The translations under genes and the position numbers were made by a program. The notes under the pieces are model-generated. The model was not told the origin of the DNA. It saw only the letters and a list, made by a program, of their open reading frames with translations, and did not search any database. A DNA stretch of 64,000 nt from Octopus bimaculoides (Eukaryota): assembly GCF_001194135.2 (NCBI RefSeq), contig NC_068989.1, forward strand, positions 25,624,671 to 25,688,670. The letters are read 5' to 3'. Positions 1 through 12,689 of this stretch are shown here, piece after piece. Position 1 is the first letter of the stretch. Each line of letters begins with the position of its first letter.

Positions 1-13
1 ATATATATACGTG

Positions 14-55
<42 letters not shown>

Positions 56-80
56 CATATACATATTGTATATATACATA
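1..80. repeat. (TA)n/(GT)n microsatellite
   Basis: Direct reading of dinucleotide runs. Confidence 0.95.
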
Positions 81-1410
81 TATGATGATCGCTGACCTGA
101 CCTCTCGTTATCGAATATGGCCATTGCACGAGGCTTAACTGTTAACGGCGCTGTGATCGAATATGACTTTTTAGCCCAGCTAAAGATCTACAATGTCTTG
201 TACAGAATTGGCAGCTAAAACATTTACTGGCAATAGCCGGTTGTAGTTCTAAATTGGGCTTCGTGCACCTTTGCATGTCGTTTATGTCCTCCTACCGAAT
301 CACACTCACTTCCATATATGCCTGACAGATATAATTAGTAAGGTGTGTAGTACCACCACCAGCGGCCTGGTAGTCAATCATCGGTCTCGCTTTATGACTA
401 CAAAGATGACTCATGAGCCCAGCTTTACTGAGGCAGGGTCTTGCACAGACACTGCATGTCAGCGTCATAGGAACACACTTACCGTCTGGAAGTGCAACGG
501 CGATGCCCTTCCTGACATCCCTCCATACTTTCTCATGCGCTACTCGAGATTTCTCAAAAGTAGCTGCCCTCTCTTGCACAATCCTTCTCCACCTGTTATG
601 GCCAATAGTTATGCCCTCCCGTGTGTCAGGAGAGATGCTAGCATCTTTCAAGGAAGCCTTCGGCAAATCTTTATACAACTTTTTTAGTTTATCTGGAGGT
701 CGTTCTCCTTTGGCTAACTCTCCATAAGAGAGTTGTTTTAGCATCCTTTAATCTTTCATCCTGGCCAGATGACCACTCCAGCTGAGCCTTTGCTTCAACA
801 CATGAGTTTCTATACTTTCACACTGAGAGCTTTCCAATATCTCAAGATCACTGATGCGATCCTCCCACATAATGCCATAGATCCGTCTGAGACACATCTG
901 ATGGAAACGCTCCATCTGCTTAAGGTGGTATCAATATACGACTCAAGTCTCGCAGGCATCAAGAAGAGAAAAGAGCACACATGCCTTCTACACCTTTCTC
1001 TTTGTCTTCCTGCGTATGTCTCGCTGACTCCAGACGCACCTTTCTAACCTTCCGAAAGCAACACTTGCTTTCCTAGTTCTGTATGGAATTTCACTATCCA
1101 AATTGCTATATCTATTAACAGTGATTCCTAGGTAGACAAACTGATCAACTACACCGAGTCGTTTACCATACACATGGATATTTGGTACACTATACTGCTT
1201 ACCAGGGTCAGGTTGATATATGACAACAGTTTTCTTGAGACTGACTGTCAATCTTAAAACAGTGCAAGCATCAGAGAATGCATTCAAAATGTGTTACATA
1301 TAAATCTCTGTGTGCGCTACTAAATCCCAATCATCTTCATACAAAAGGTCTCTTATGATAGAGGTAAATACCTTTGTTTCTGCAGCAAAGCGCCTGATAT
1401 TAAATATGCT
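78..1410 (-). mobile_element. RTE-clade (BovB-like) LINE, 5'-truncated 3' end: RT C-terminal half, C-terminal C2H2 fingers, short 3' UTR
   Basis: Minus-strand translation gives IRDLLYEDDWDLVAH (decayed YADD region), NAFSDACTVLRLTVSLKKTVVIYQP, FVYLGITV, ASVAFGRLERCVW, LKQLSYGELAKGER, WRRIVQ and CSVCARPCLSKAGLMSHLCSH. Frameshifts and stops present. Confidence 0.9.
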
Positions 1411-1429
1411 TATTCTTTGCGTTATTGAC

Positions 1430-2420
1430 TAATGTAAAGTTGGTGTAATTTGCACGTTGTTACAATTTTTAAGTTACTTATTATTTGTGATGCATAAGAA
1501 ACAAAATTTAACGCCAGAAACCAGAGCGTGGATCGTTCAGCTTAGTATACTCTGAAATGGTCATATAAAGCTATTTCAAACGAGGTTGGTTGCTCTAAAG
1601 CAGCCGTCCACAATGCTGTCCACCTGTATAAAGACGCTAATGATTTTAAAGACCGCTCTCGACCTGGGCAACAAAGACAAACAACGGCAAGAATGGATAG
1701 ATACATTCATAGACTCTCCGTAAAAAAACGAAAAGAATTTGTACTTCTAAGAAGAATCTCTCTTAAGAAGCTGTATATTTCTTTAAAAAAATCAGCGTGC
1801 CCGAATTCAGTTCGCATATGACCTTTTGAATTGGAGACCAGCAGATTGGACGAACATGTTGAGGTCGGACGAGTCAAAGTTCAACTTGTCTGGCAATAAT
1901 GACAGGCTGTATCTAAGAAGGCGTATAAGCGAAGAATATCATCCAGAATGCATCCGACCTACAATTAAGCACTGGGGTTGTAGTGTGATTGTGTGGGTGA
2001 GCAAGTCTGGAAAAAGCGTTGGTTCTTTTATCCAAATCAAGGGCATTTTAGATAATAAGTCCTATCTAGAATTATTGGATAATATTCCATACGAAAGAAT
2101 TTGGGTCTATCTTAGACTTTCTAGTATGGCAACGACCCTAAGCACGCCTCTCACCTAGTCAGAGATTACATTACGTCTAAGAGAGTTCAGTTGATGCAGT
2201 GGCCGGCGCAGTCACCCGACCAATATAACAACGAAAATCTTTTGGAAAGGTTGGGTAGAGCTGTGCAAAGTAGTAAGCCAAAGAATAAGGATGATTTTTT
2301 AAAACATTATTAGCCAAAATTTGGAAGATTTCTCAGGAACAGTGTTAAATGATCTGAACTATTCTGATTCGCATTTGTAAAGCTGTATTAAGTAATTTTG
2401 AACACCCAACCAAAGACTGA
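1430..2420 (+). mobile_element. Decayed Tc1-like DNA transposon (transposase pseudogene)
   Basis: MHKKQNLTPETRAWIVQL N-terminus near 1490; WTNMLRSDESKFNL (first catalytic D); YHPECIRPTIKHWGCSVIVW; WPAQSPD at about 2200-2220. TIRs not resolved. Confidence 0.88.
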
Positions 2421-2889
2421 TTGTGTCAGCTTTTTACTACTTTTTTTAGAGCAAAAAAGAAAAAAAAAATTTTACGAATCGTTCTTAAATCAACTGACGC
2501 GATAAATTACAATTACGATTTATTTTTAATTTAAAATTAATATGTTGAGGTTAGGCTGTAAAGTTGTATNNNNNNNNNNNNNNNNNNNNNNNNNNNNNNN
2601 NNNNNNNNNNNNNNNNNNNNNNNNNNNNNNNNNNNNNNNNNNNNNNNNNNNNNNNNNNNNNNNNNNNNNNNNNNNNNNNNNNNNNNNNNNNNNNNNNNNN
2701 NNNNNNNNNNNNNNNNNNNNNNNNNNNNNNNNNNNNNNNNNNNNNNNNNNNNNNNNNNNNNNNNNNNNNNNNNNNNNNNNNNNNNNNNNNNNNNNNNNNN
2801 NNNNNNNNNNNNNNNNNNNNNNNNNNNNNNNNNNNNNNNNNNNNNNNNNNNNNNNNNNNNNNNNTATATATATATATATATATATATCA

Positions 2890-3318
2890 ATACATGGATG
2901 GATAAATTGTCTCCATTTTATATATTTCATTTCGCTCGTCTGCATTATGTGTTTTGGATTTTTCCGACTACACAATATAGTGCGATCAGTTGGCCATCGT
3001 CTGCGAGAACAACAGCAACATAACGCAATTCCCTCTGCCAGAAATTTGGAAAGGACGTTCTGTATTCACAGTATTCGCACCGGAAACTCCAGTACGAACA
3101 TTTCCCAGCGTTTGGGTGTCAATTTGAGCACAGAGAAGAGGATTCAGAAACGTCTAATGGTAATTGCGAAGGCACGGCTGCTCGGAAAACACTCTCTGAT
3201 CGTTCTTATGAGAAAAGAACTCCTGAATTTGTTGGGGAAATCGAGGCCATGTTTGACAGCGTTCCCTGCAAGTCAATCTCGTCCATAGCCAGGGTCATGG
3301 TAGTGTCTGAATCTAAAC
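2890..3318 (+). mobile_element. 5' fragment of a maT/DD37D-like Tc1-mariner transposon (left end and HTH region)
   Basis: Frameshifted translation ITQFPLPEIWK..LGVNLSTEKRIQK..EGTAARKTLSDRSYEKRTPEFVGEIEAMFDSVPCKSISSIARVMVVSES resembles a transposase bipartite HTH. It begins at TA-CATGGATGGATAAATTGTCTCCATTTT, a TIR-like end. The maT assignment is from recall. Confidence 0.7.
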
Positions 3319-4790
3319 ATGCTTTTTAGTTCCTCCAATGCCTTCTAGCATTTTTCTGACCAGAACCATTTGACATCCATTTTTAACAGCTGGTTGATTG
3401 GAGCCCTTGTGTCATGTACGTTTAGGATATATACTTGATTGTTGCTTACCAAGCCAAACAATGCTTGTAACAATTTGACATTTGTTGTGGGAGGCATATT
3501 CCGTATTGCTGTCACCCTTGATGGGTCTGGCCTTCGTCCCCTTTCGTCGATTACTTGACCTAAATATCTGATTTTGTCTTCATCAAAAATTCACACTTCT
3601 CCTGTGTTAGTCAAAACCCGTATTCATTTATTCTTCCGAATACTTTTTTAATATGTTCAAAATGTTGCTCCACTGACTCGCTCTCTACCAAAATATCATC
3701 GAGATAAGCGACAGCAAAGTCGCAATCCTTTAACATTGCATCCATCACTTGTTGGAATATGGCAGGTGCCACTTTTACCCCAAAAGGAAGTCGCTTGAAT
3801 TTATACAATCCACGGTGTGTGTTGATTGTTAAAAGGTGTGCGCAATATTCCTCTACCTGTATTTGTACATAGTCCTCCGAAAGGTTTAACTTCGATTTTT
3901 CCTCCATTTAGTTTTGAGAACATTTCTTCTGGACTTAATGCACTTTAAAAGTTCGCACACACTCGTAGTTTTGTTTTCTTTACATAAGCTGTCGGAGCTG
4001 CCCATTCTGAAGGTCGACCTTGTCAATGATATCTAGTCTTTCTAGTCTTTTCAGCTCTTTATTGACGTGCTATAACGCCGCAAATAGCACGTTCCATTTG
4101 AGCCTAGAAACAGGTGTTGCTTTTTCTTTTATCGCGATCCTCGCTTTTATTTTAGTGTAAAAGCCTGATCTTTCAAAAAAAACATTTGAAGCAATTTTTT
4201 ACTTTTTTGTCTCAGTTGTTCGGCTTCATTCGAACTTTTGACTATGCCTACTACATTTTTACAGAGAACACTAATGGGAGTATTCCACATTTTAAATAAC
4301 TGCGTGCATTCTGTGCCACGTAGGTTTCAGGATTTTTTAAAAACACATAAATGATTGTCCTTTTCGTTTCACCTCAAAAAGTTACATTGCAAAAACATTC
4401 GCCGATGATATGTTATTTCTTTTCTATCACACAATACGCTACTTTATTAGATTTCAATAATTTCGACTTTGTCACTGTGTTTCTTCATTTATGATAGTGA
4501 TGTCACTACCATATTCTTCTTTCATGACAAACTATTCCTTTTTTCTTGTTTGTTCCAGTTTTTCAGCATCTAGGTTCTACAGTGCAATTTAATGTGTCCT
4601 GCGTTCTCACAACGAAAACACTTTGCTTTCTTGAACAGACACTCTATTCTCAGGTGGCTACCACCACATCCCATGGATAAGTTTATCTCCTGGTGTATGT
4701 CATGTTTTTTGTAAAAATGTTTATCCGTCATCCGACTGTTCGACACTGGTTTAGAGACCCCTGACAGAAGAATCATTGATATGAATGCAA
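3319..4790 (-). mobile_element. Gypsy/Ty3 (Mag-like) LTR retrotransposon internal fragment: gag zinc knuckles, protease region, RT
   Basis: CGGSHLRIECLFKKAKCFRCENAGHIKLHC (tandem knuckles, second a clear CCHC); SEWAAPTAYVKK; LLTINTHRGLYKFKRLPFGVKVAPAIFQQVMD; AYLDDILV; YLGQVIDERGRRPDPSRVTAIRNMPP. Heavily frameshifted. Confidence 0.93.
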
Positions 4791-5329
4791 ATCAGGTCTA
4801 CTTCTGGTAGCTTTAAATATATTACCGGTTCTCGATATTTATTGTATTGTTCTTATTTGTTTAATGCAATGTATTTCTAAACTCATATAAGAAGGAACGT
4901 TCTTTAGGAGAGAAGAGAAACCAAATCTGATTAGCTTTATAAAATATAAAACTATATGCGTAATATAGATAAGATCTGAACTATATTTATCACTGTATTC
5001 AAATTTAAAATAACTTGTTTCTTCAGAAGCATGCATGAATTGTTTTACTTTGTATCTAATACATTAACACTAATAGAAAGGTATTGTCATTTACCTGGTT
5101 ATTTACGTGACATGCATCTCATTGATGAGTTCCACTCTAGGGCTTGAAAAATCGTTTCATATTTATTAGTAATATTTTTCGTGCCTTTCATTCATTTGGT
5201 TGTTCGTTCTTTATAACATGCTTTCTCGTTTACATATCGATCGATTTCAGTAACATCGATACCGTCACAGACGTCTAAATACTATTTGTGGCATATATAC
5301 CGATCTATCTCTGTTTCTGAAACTGTCTC

Positions 5330-5401
5330 TTTGTCTCTCTCTCTCTCTCTCTCTCTGTCTCTCCCGCTATTTATTAATCTATCTTTCTATACATACATAC
5401 A

Positions 5402-5451
<50 letters not shown>

Positions 5452-5456
5452 GGTAG

Positions 5457-5496
<40 letters not shown>

Positions 5497-5510
5497 GTAT
5501 ATATATATTA
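5330..5510. repeat. Compound microsatellite (CT)n-(ATAC)n-(TA)n-(CA)n
   Basis: Direct reading. Confidence 0.95.
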
Positions 5511-6582
5511 CATTATGTGAGTGTGTGCGTGCGTGCTTGTATCAGTTAATGAACTCTTTGCAATCTGAATCCAAACTATATCTAGGAACATGGTAGGAAT
5601 AAAAATGAAAATAAATCTTTTTTGTGATATGAATGAAATTGCAGTACGGAAAACGCAAAATGAACACATTTCGGGCACTGACGTTTTTTCAGCATAGATA
5701 AGATGCAACAGAGGAAAACAAATAGAAAACATATGCTGCTCTACTATATTTATACTTATACTGTATATATGTAGTAGTTATGTGTGCATACATGTTTGTG
5801 GTTTCTAAAAAGATAACTGTGGAAAAAACTGCTGTTCCTTATGAAAGTCAAGAATGGCACCAGAATTACGTTAACATATGTGTCGGACTCTTAGTATGTG
5901 CGTGCGTGTGCATCTATGTGCACTTTCTCTTCTTTTATTACCTATTGGTAATTAACAATTTCAGTTTATCTAAAAAAATAATAATTCTTGTATTTATAAA
6001 ATTATCTATATTTACACATAAGACGTTTGCATAATGACGCCAACCGATTTTAATGCGCGAACTTTATAAAGTGGCATTACATGTCATTCAAATGTGTTTT
6101 ATTATGAGTCTTGAATTGAAGAATAATCAAAAGCAATATCAGGTCATAGTGCTGTGTGGAATAAACACTGTTACGTTTATAATTCGACATACAATTGCTG
6201 TACAATTTGGAGTGTTACTTCTTATTTGCATCTAATCTACAGTATGAAGAACTATCTGTAGAAGCTTATTACATACAAACAATAGGATGTGGATTGTGGA
6301 TTGCATAAGCTCTAAGTTATCAAGTAGTTCCAGTTTCCACTTGAAATCGTCTACAATGATGCATTGCATCAAAGTAAAAATCTGTAATAAATTATTTAAG
6401 GAAATTCTGGAACTTACTATTTGGTAAGTTGTTCAAATGCATGTTAATTTCGCACACAAATCATATTAGGGTGGATATTTAGAAATGAGATTGACTGATG
6501 CACTAGATGTATTATACGTCTTGGATTTTGAAAAGAAAACAATTATTGAAATAGCATGTCTAAGACTCCATATGTTTATTTA

Positions 6583-6587
<5 letters not shown>

Positions 6588-6645
<58 letters not shown>

Positions 6646-6676
6646 CTATGTCTCTCTCTCCCCCCTCTCTCTCTTT
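6588..6676. repeat. (CT)n/(CTAT)n microsatellite
   Basis: Direct reading. Confidence 0.95.
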
Positions 6677-8394
6677 CGGCCACCGGAAATGTAAAATGCT
6701 TTCGTAATTAAACCATTTGTCCTAACAAGCTTTTCAAAAATAAAATACAAATATCCTAGCTTATGCTACGCGATGCATATAAGCTCAATGTGAAATAGTT
6801 GTGTTTAATTGTACTAAAGAAAAATAAACCAGTTTAGCATGCAATTTTTTCTTACAAACCTTTAAGTCACATCGATGTCTGGTGATGAGAACGGATCCTC
6901 CGAACGATAGGAGTATTGGATGAAAATAACAATATCATATTTAGTTATTAGACCAAGAGTTTTGAGGCGAAAAAGTCATTTGATTACGGGTCTCCAATAT
7001 TTCAGTAGCACTATACGATATCCATCAGTAAATGGTGAAATGCGAATTTGAGTTCAGTATCTAAAGAGCTAGAATTTATTTCCGATAGTATTTTGTTTAA
7101 AGTTCTAACAATTTTAAAGGAGGTTGCAGTGCAAATTCGAGGTAATAATATTCATTGCCAATTTCAACTGAATTTCAAGTATGAGAAAAAGCTAAATCTA
7201 TTAGACGTAGTAACGGTATGCCTATTTAGAATTCAACTGAGAGCAGAAACTGTTATTGCTCTTCCTTTGAAATAAAAATAAAAATATTCAACAAAATATT
7301 TAGCGTTTTAATGTCTTGAAACGTAGACTGGAATATAATCAAGCACGCTTTAAATAATCACGCTTGGCGATAAAATTTATTTAGAGCAAGTGCAATATAT
7401 CCTTTGTTAACATTAGAATATTATTATATATCAAGTGTCTGAATACATACTTATTTTGTTGTGTTAATATGAAGGCATTTGTTTTGAATTCTACTGTCAC
7501 AAATAGAAAAGTTATCTATTCTTTGAATGGGAAATATTTATAGAATATCACAGTTCCATTTCATAATTAATCTATTGATCTACATACAATCACCCACATA
7601 TACAATGCATACATCCTATTGAATATAAGTTTGTGGGTATGTTTGTATGTATGAATTCACAGACATATATGACTTTCCCAATATGAGAAAATTATATTTC
7701 AGTTTTATATAAAAGCACTTATTTCCATTCCATTGTTCCCACCAGGTCGCATTGTCTATTAACACTTATTTCTGGCTATTATTTTTAATACAGCAAGACG
7801 ATACATTTGTTTGTAAATACCGTCTTTTATAATGTGTTCCACAGGATACACTAAAGTAAATATGTTCATGATGTCTCTATATGCTATATTTAAAAGTTAT
7901 TCGATTCGTTTATATCATCAATTTCACGTCTTCTATGGAATAATTTGAATAGTAATAGAAGCCTAATTACAAAAGTTAAAAATAGGAACATATATTTTTC
8001 GCATTTGCAGCAAATTGTGGAAGCTTTAATATTTAAGTTGTCCTAAACCATTATATATTAATATATAGTTTTGTAACTAATAAAATTTTAATAAAGATTA
8101 TTTACCTCATTCATTATAATTCAAATTGGTGGATATTAGTTGTAATATGACAATTGAAATATGGCATTAGTCGCGGTGATGGTATCAATACAATAGAAAG
8201 CATAGGTATATAAATATTAAATTTCATATAATTTTGATAAGCGAACTGTTCGTAAAATGGCCATAAGAAGACGAGATTTTATTGTTTGACAGTGGGAAAT
8301 AAAATCAACAGGACATTTCCGAAAGATTTCTATTGAAACCAAGTAAAGTTAATCGAGTATTTGAATATTATATATCGGGATGCAAATATATATT

Positions 8395-8700
8395 GTACAC
8401 AAACATACAGACACACTCACCCACACGCACACACACAGACACACACACATACACATGTATATATAAATGTATGTGTGTTTGTAGATGGGTGTGAGTGGGT
8501 GCCTATGTTACTTGTATATGTATGCATGTATGTATACACGGTTGCGTGGATGCGTGTAGGCATATAGAGCATTGATCTCTTTCTTACTTCAAATCCTTTC
8601 TTGTGTGACTAGATGTATGTATACACACACACACATAGACACAGAGACACAGACACACACACGTGCACACACGCATACTCTCATACATACACACCCATAT
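8395..8700. repeat. Degenerate (CA)n/(GT)n microsatellite clusters
   Basis: Direct reading. Confidence 0.85.
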
Positions 8701-9007
8701 ATATGACGGTGAATGGACAGTGACAGTTCAATTCATGTTACAATTGTTTCAATAACTAGGTAATTCATTCAGAATTGATATATTACGCAATCCTAGATGA
8801 CATGGCGTTCGTTCGAGCACGCTGAACCATTGTAGAGCAACATCCTCTTAATCTATTATATTTCTGCACACCATGACTTGCATAACTAATGCTGCCGCTG
8901 AGATTGGTGTAGCGTAGTATCTGATGCCGTTACACAAAAGTGACTAGGCTATTTAATCTTTTGATTGGATGGTTAAAGCAAGATATTAATTAATTAGTAT
9001 TCTTATG

Positions 9008-9175
9008 GCTGCAAGCTGGCAGAATTGCAACTAAGCCGGAAAAATGCTTAGCAGCATTTCGTTAGTTTTTACGTTTTGAATTTAAATTCACCGAGGTCTT
9101 CTCGGCATAAGCATTTCGGGGTTGATGGGTGGGGGTGGGGGGTCGACGAAATAACTCGTTGAGAACTGGGGGAGA
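9008..9175 (+). mobile_element. SINE family B copy (GCTGGCAGAA...AAATGCTTAGC head)
   Basis: Shares GCTGGCAGAA..AAATGCTTAGC..TTCAAATT(C)C..CGAGGTC..TTTCGGGG..CTGGGG blocks with copies at 50495, 63140 (minus), 30880 and 39560. Confidence 0.75.
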
Positions 9176-9334
9176 TGCAATTCACTCACGCACTCAACAC
9201 AATTTCAAGCCATATGCCTATAGTAGAAATAATTTATTAGTATTCTTCGCTAATCAACAACATGCGTGGAGCGACAGAGCTAATAGGTCAAGATCTAAGC
9301 AAAATGATAATACATACATCTATAATATACATAC

Positions 9335-9374
<40 letters not shown>

Positions 9375-11330
9375 ATAAGAGTGAAAAAACTACAGAAGGC
9401 TTGTGTTACATGGTTAAAGTATATATTTAAATTATGTCAGAAAAATGCTATAAAATTTTTTGGGTATATAAACATTGTATTTGGAGAAATAACCGGTTTC
9501 GTGCTGTCTTTTCAAATTTCTCTACTTCATCGTAACATGTGTTCGCTCCCGTGTGAAGAAAAGAGTTATACATCTATAAATTAATACTTAGCTCATATAA
9601 AACAATACTGGTATATTCACTACTTATGATAAACTGCTGAGTTTATGATTTAATTGATATATAGTTAGCATGTTCTTTTACCTCAGTATTCCTTTATAAA
9701 ATACCAGTATATACCAATTAATAAATATTCACAGATACCATCTGATGAGTTAGTATTTAAGTATATAATATGGATGAATATTAAACTATTTCTAGATAAT
9801 TTCTTTTCCTCCCTCTATTGTGGTAAAAGTTTGGTATTTACTCAAAAGTATTCAATTTTTAAAATCCTTTTGTATTAATAGTCTTCTTAATAATTCTTTG
9901 ATTAACCCTAAACTTTAACTGTATACAATATAGCAACATTGTTTAAAATATTTATGTATGATACTACATGATAAATTTTCCCCTGTTTCATTATCAATGG
10001 GTTGCTAGTGGCCGCCCCCTTAATTGTCAACCACCATCTAGATTTAAGTCTTCCTTTACCAAATCCCATGATATTGCTTCTAATATATCTTGATTTTTAT
10101 GACTATACTCAGTATTATTTCCGTCTGCTAAATCTTATATTCCACAGGCTTCCATATAATCTTCGTCAACCAATTCAGTCAAAAAGTAGTGCCTGAAGAC
10201 GATTCTAAATAGCATCTCTATATAGACAATCTTTTTCGAAACGAAAAAGAAGTAGCTTATGTGTATGCTTATTTCAATCTTCTTGAATCTTCGTCGGCAG
10301 CTGTTTAAAAAGTAACTTTACTCTAATGAAGACCACTACTTACGAACTCGCTCATATATTTGACGAAATTATAGTAACATTAGAGGTTACATTTCGACAA
10401 CAAGGCAGTTATGATCAAGTTAATTTCAATGTTGAAAGGAGACTGTTGCCTCTTATATAAACCACCCAAACCTTATGTAAAATTACATTCTGCGGACTAG
10501 CAAATAATCCTTTAGTTGCACGTAAGGGTAAGTAAAGCGTTTGGATCCCTCTTTACCATTATCCCTATTATGTTATATTTCTCAGTTAGATAATTAAATA
10601 AATGATTTCCTAATTTTTCATCACGCGTCATCGATTCTCAGAATCTTCCTTTTTTGTAAGCAGTAATTGACACAGTTTCATATTTAACTCATCAATAATG
10701 CTTATCAATCATTCTTTCGATAATTTACGAAAAAAATCACAACTACGTCTGACAAACATGAGGAAAATATTCATAAAATCTAAAAACTAAGTCTTCAAAA
10801 CAATAGAGACAGTTACTGGAAACTCCAAGAGCCCGTATCTAAATAGGCTCTATTTTCCATTACGTTTGTGTTTGATAAATAATTTAGAGGTGAAGAATAT
10901 GCATTATATCAAGACTGTGTTTTGTGGCAATTATTTTTAAATGGATATAATAAACAAACATACACAGTTATGAACAATTATATAAAAGTGGAACTTCTCT
11001 GAAAATGCATTTTATCAATTATTTTTCAATATAATTTCAGTAATTATTTTACAAAATGGTATTTTAGAAGAATTTTCCAGTACTTAAAAATAATCAAGTA
11101 TTTCTAAGAAATACAAATAAAAAAACAGTTAGAAATTTAAAAAAAGAAACTACAACTTAATGATTGAAAGAATCAAGAAAATTGTTTTGAAAACAAGTCC
11201 GGGTATATAGATTATAATTGCTGCTGATTTCAGAAAATTGAGCTGATAATATTGTTTTTATTCCTTTGTATTCTTATTGTATCAACGCTACTGGGGAAAT
11301 TGGATATACTTACTTCATTTTCCGTAATAG

Positions 11331-11331
<1 letters not shown>

Positions 11332-11398
<67 letters not shown>

Positions 11399-11515
11399 AT
11401 ATATATATATATCATTTCTATGAATTTTTAATCACTCCAAGTTGTTCAGTATATTATAAAACAAAGATATTGATGAATATAATCATTATCATCATCATTA
11501 TCATCATCGTCATCG

Positions 11516-11581
<66 letters not shown>

Positions 11582-11640
11582 ACATCATTATGATCATCAT
11601 CATCATCATACTCATCATCATCGTTTATCGTCCGTCTTCC
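11332..11640. repeat. (ATT)n and (ATC)n trinucleotide arrays
   Basis: Direct reading; explains the poly-L/poly-I ORF at 11266. Confidence 0.97.
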
Positions 11641-11970
11641 ATCTTAGCATGGGTGGGACGAACACACGCACAACTATGCGCACACACATATGATGTTAAA
11701 ACTTATTTCAATGTAATCGTTCAAGATATTTTCGTTTTTTCGATGTCCTGTGCCCATATATGCATGCGTATATACATATATATGTATGTATATATGCATA
11801 TATTTATATATTATTTATATTGTTATATGACTGAACGACACGCATCTATTTCCAAGTAAGTTTTATATGTATAATAATAATAATATATATATATATATAT
11901 ATACACACACATATATANNNNNNNNNNNNNNNNNNNNNNNNNNNNNNNNNNNNNNNNNNNNNNNNNNNNN

Positions 11971-12011
<41 letters not shown>

Positions 12012-12689
12012 CAACAGGAGAGATGCTCAAAGTAGAACACACGTAGTCATCCTCAAATATTTTGAATTTACACTTCGAACTCTTTATTGAGGACTAAGTA
12101 TGCTGGGTAAATATTGCTTACAATAGAGATCCATGTGAGCTGTGATGGAATTAGTGATGCAGATAAACACGCTTGGGCTTGATATATTAAGTACAAATAC
12201 ATACATATACACATGTGAATATATATATATATAGAGAGAGAGAAAGAAAGAGAGAGAAAGAAAGAGAGAGAATGAGAGGAAGAGAGAAACAAAGGTTGAA
12301 CATATTCTGAAGATGTATACTCATGTATAAGCAGATAGATATTTATAGTTCTATATTTAAGAGATGATGAATTATGTACATTATTTACAATTGACGGTTT
12401 TTGTTGTTAACTCATCGTTTCTTTCGGCTGATATACCCTCCAGCGTTCATCAAGTGTCCTGATGTCATATGGGCCGCATATCTTTTGTATCTTTTCGGAG
12501 AGGCCTTTCACATAGGGTAGACAGACTGTGCACAGTTTATCGGTTTTATCGTCTCCTTTCTTCCTAATTGGAGTGGAGAGTATGCTTTTGGGGTAGCTAT
12601 TTATATTATATATAGTTATTTGGGGTATATAATTATATATTACAAAATTAGCACATGTATACGAGAAAATGCAGAAAACTAGTGGGGAG

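Noticed and set aside
10000-10535. Short open stretches and a perfect AAG|GTAAGT donor near 10527
   Set aside because: No matching acceptor with an open frame and no recognisable peptide.
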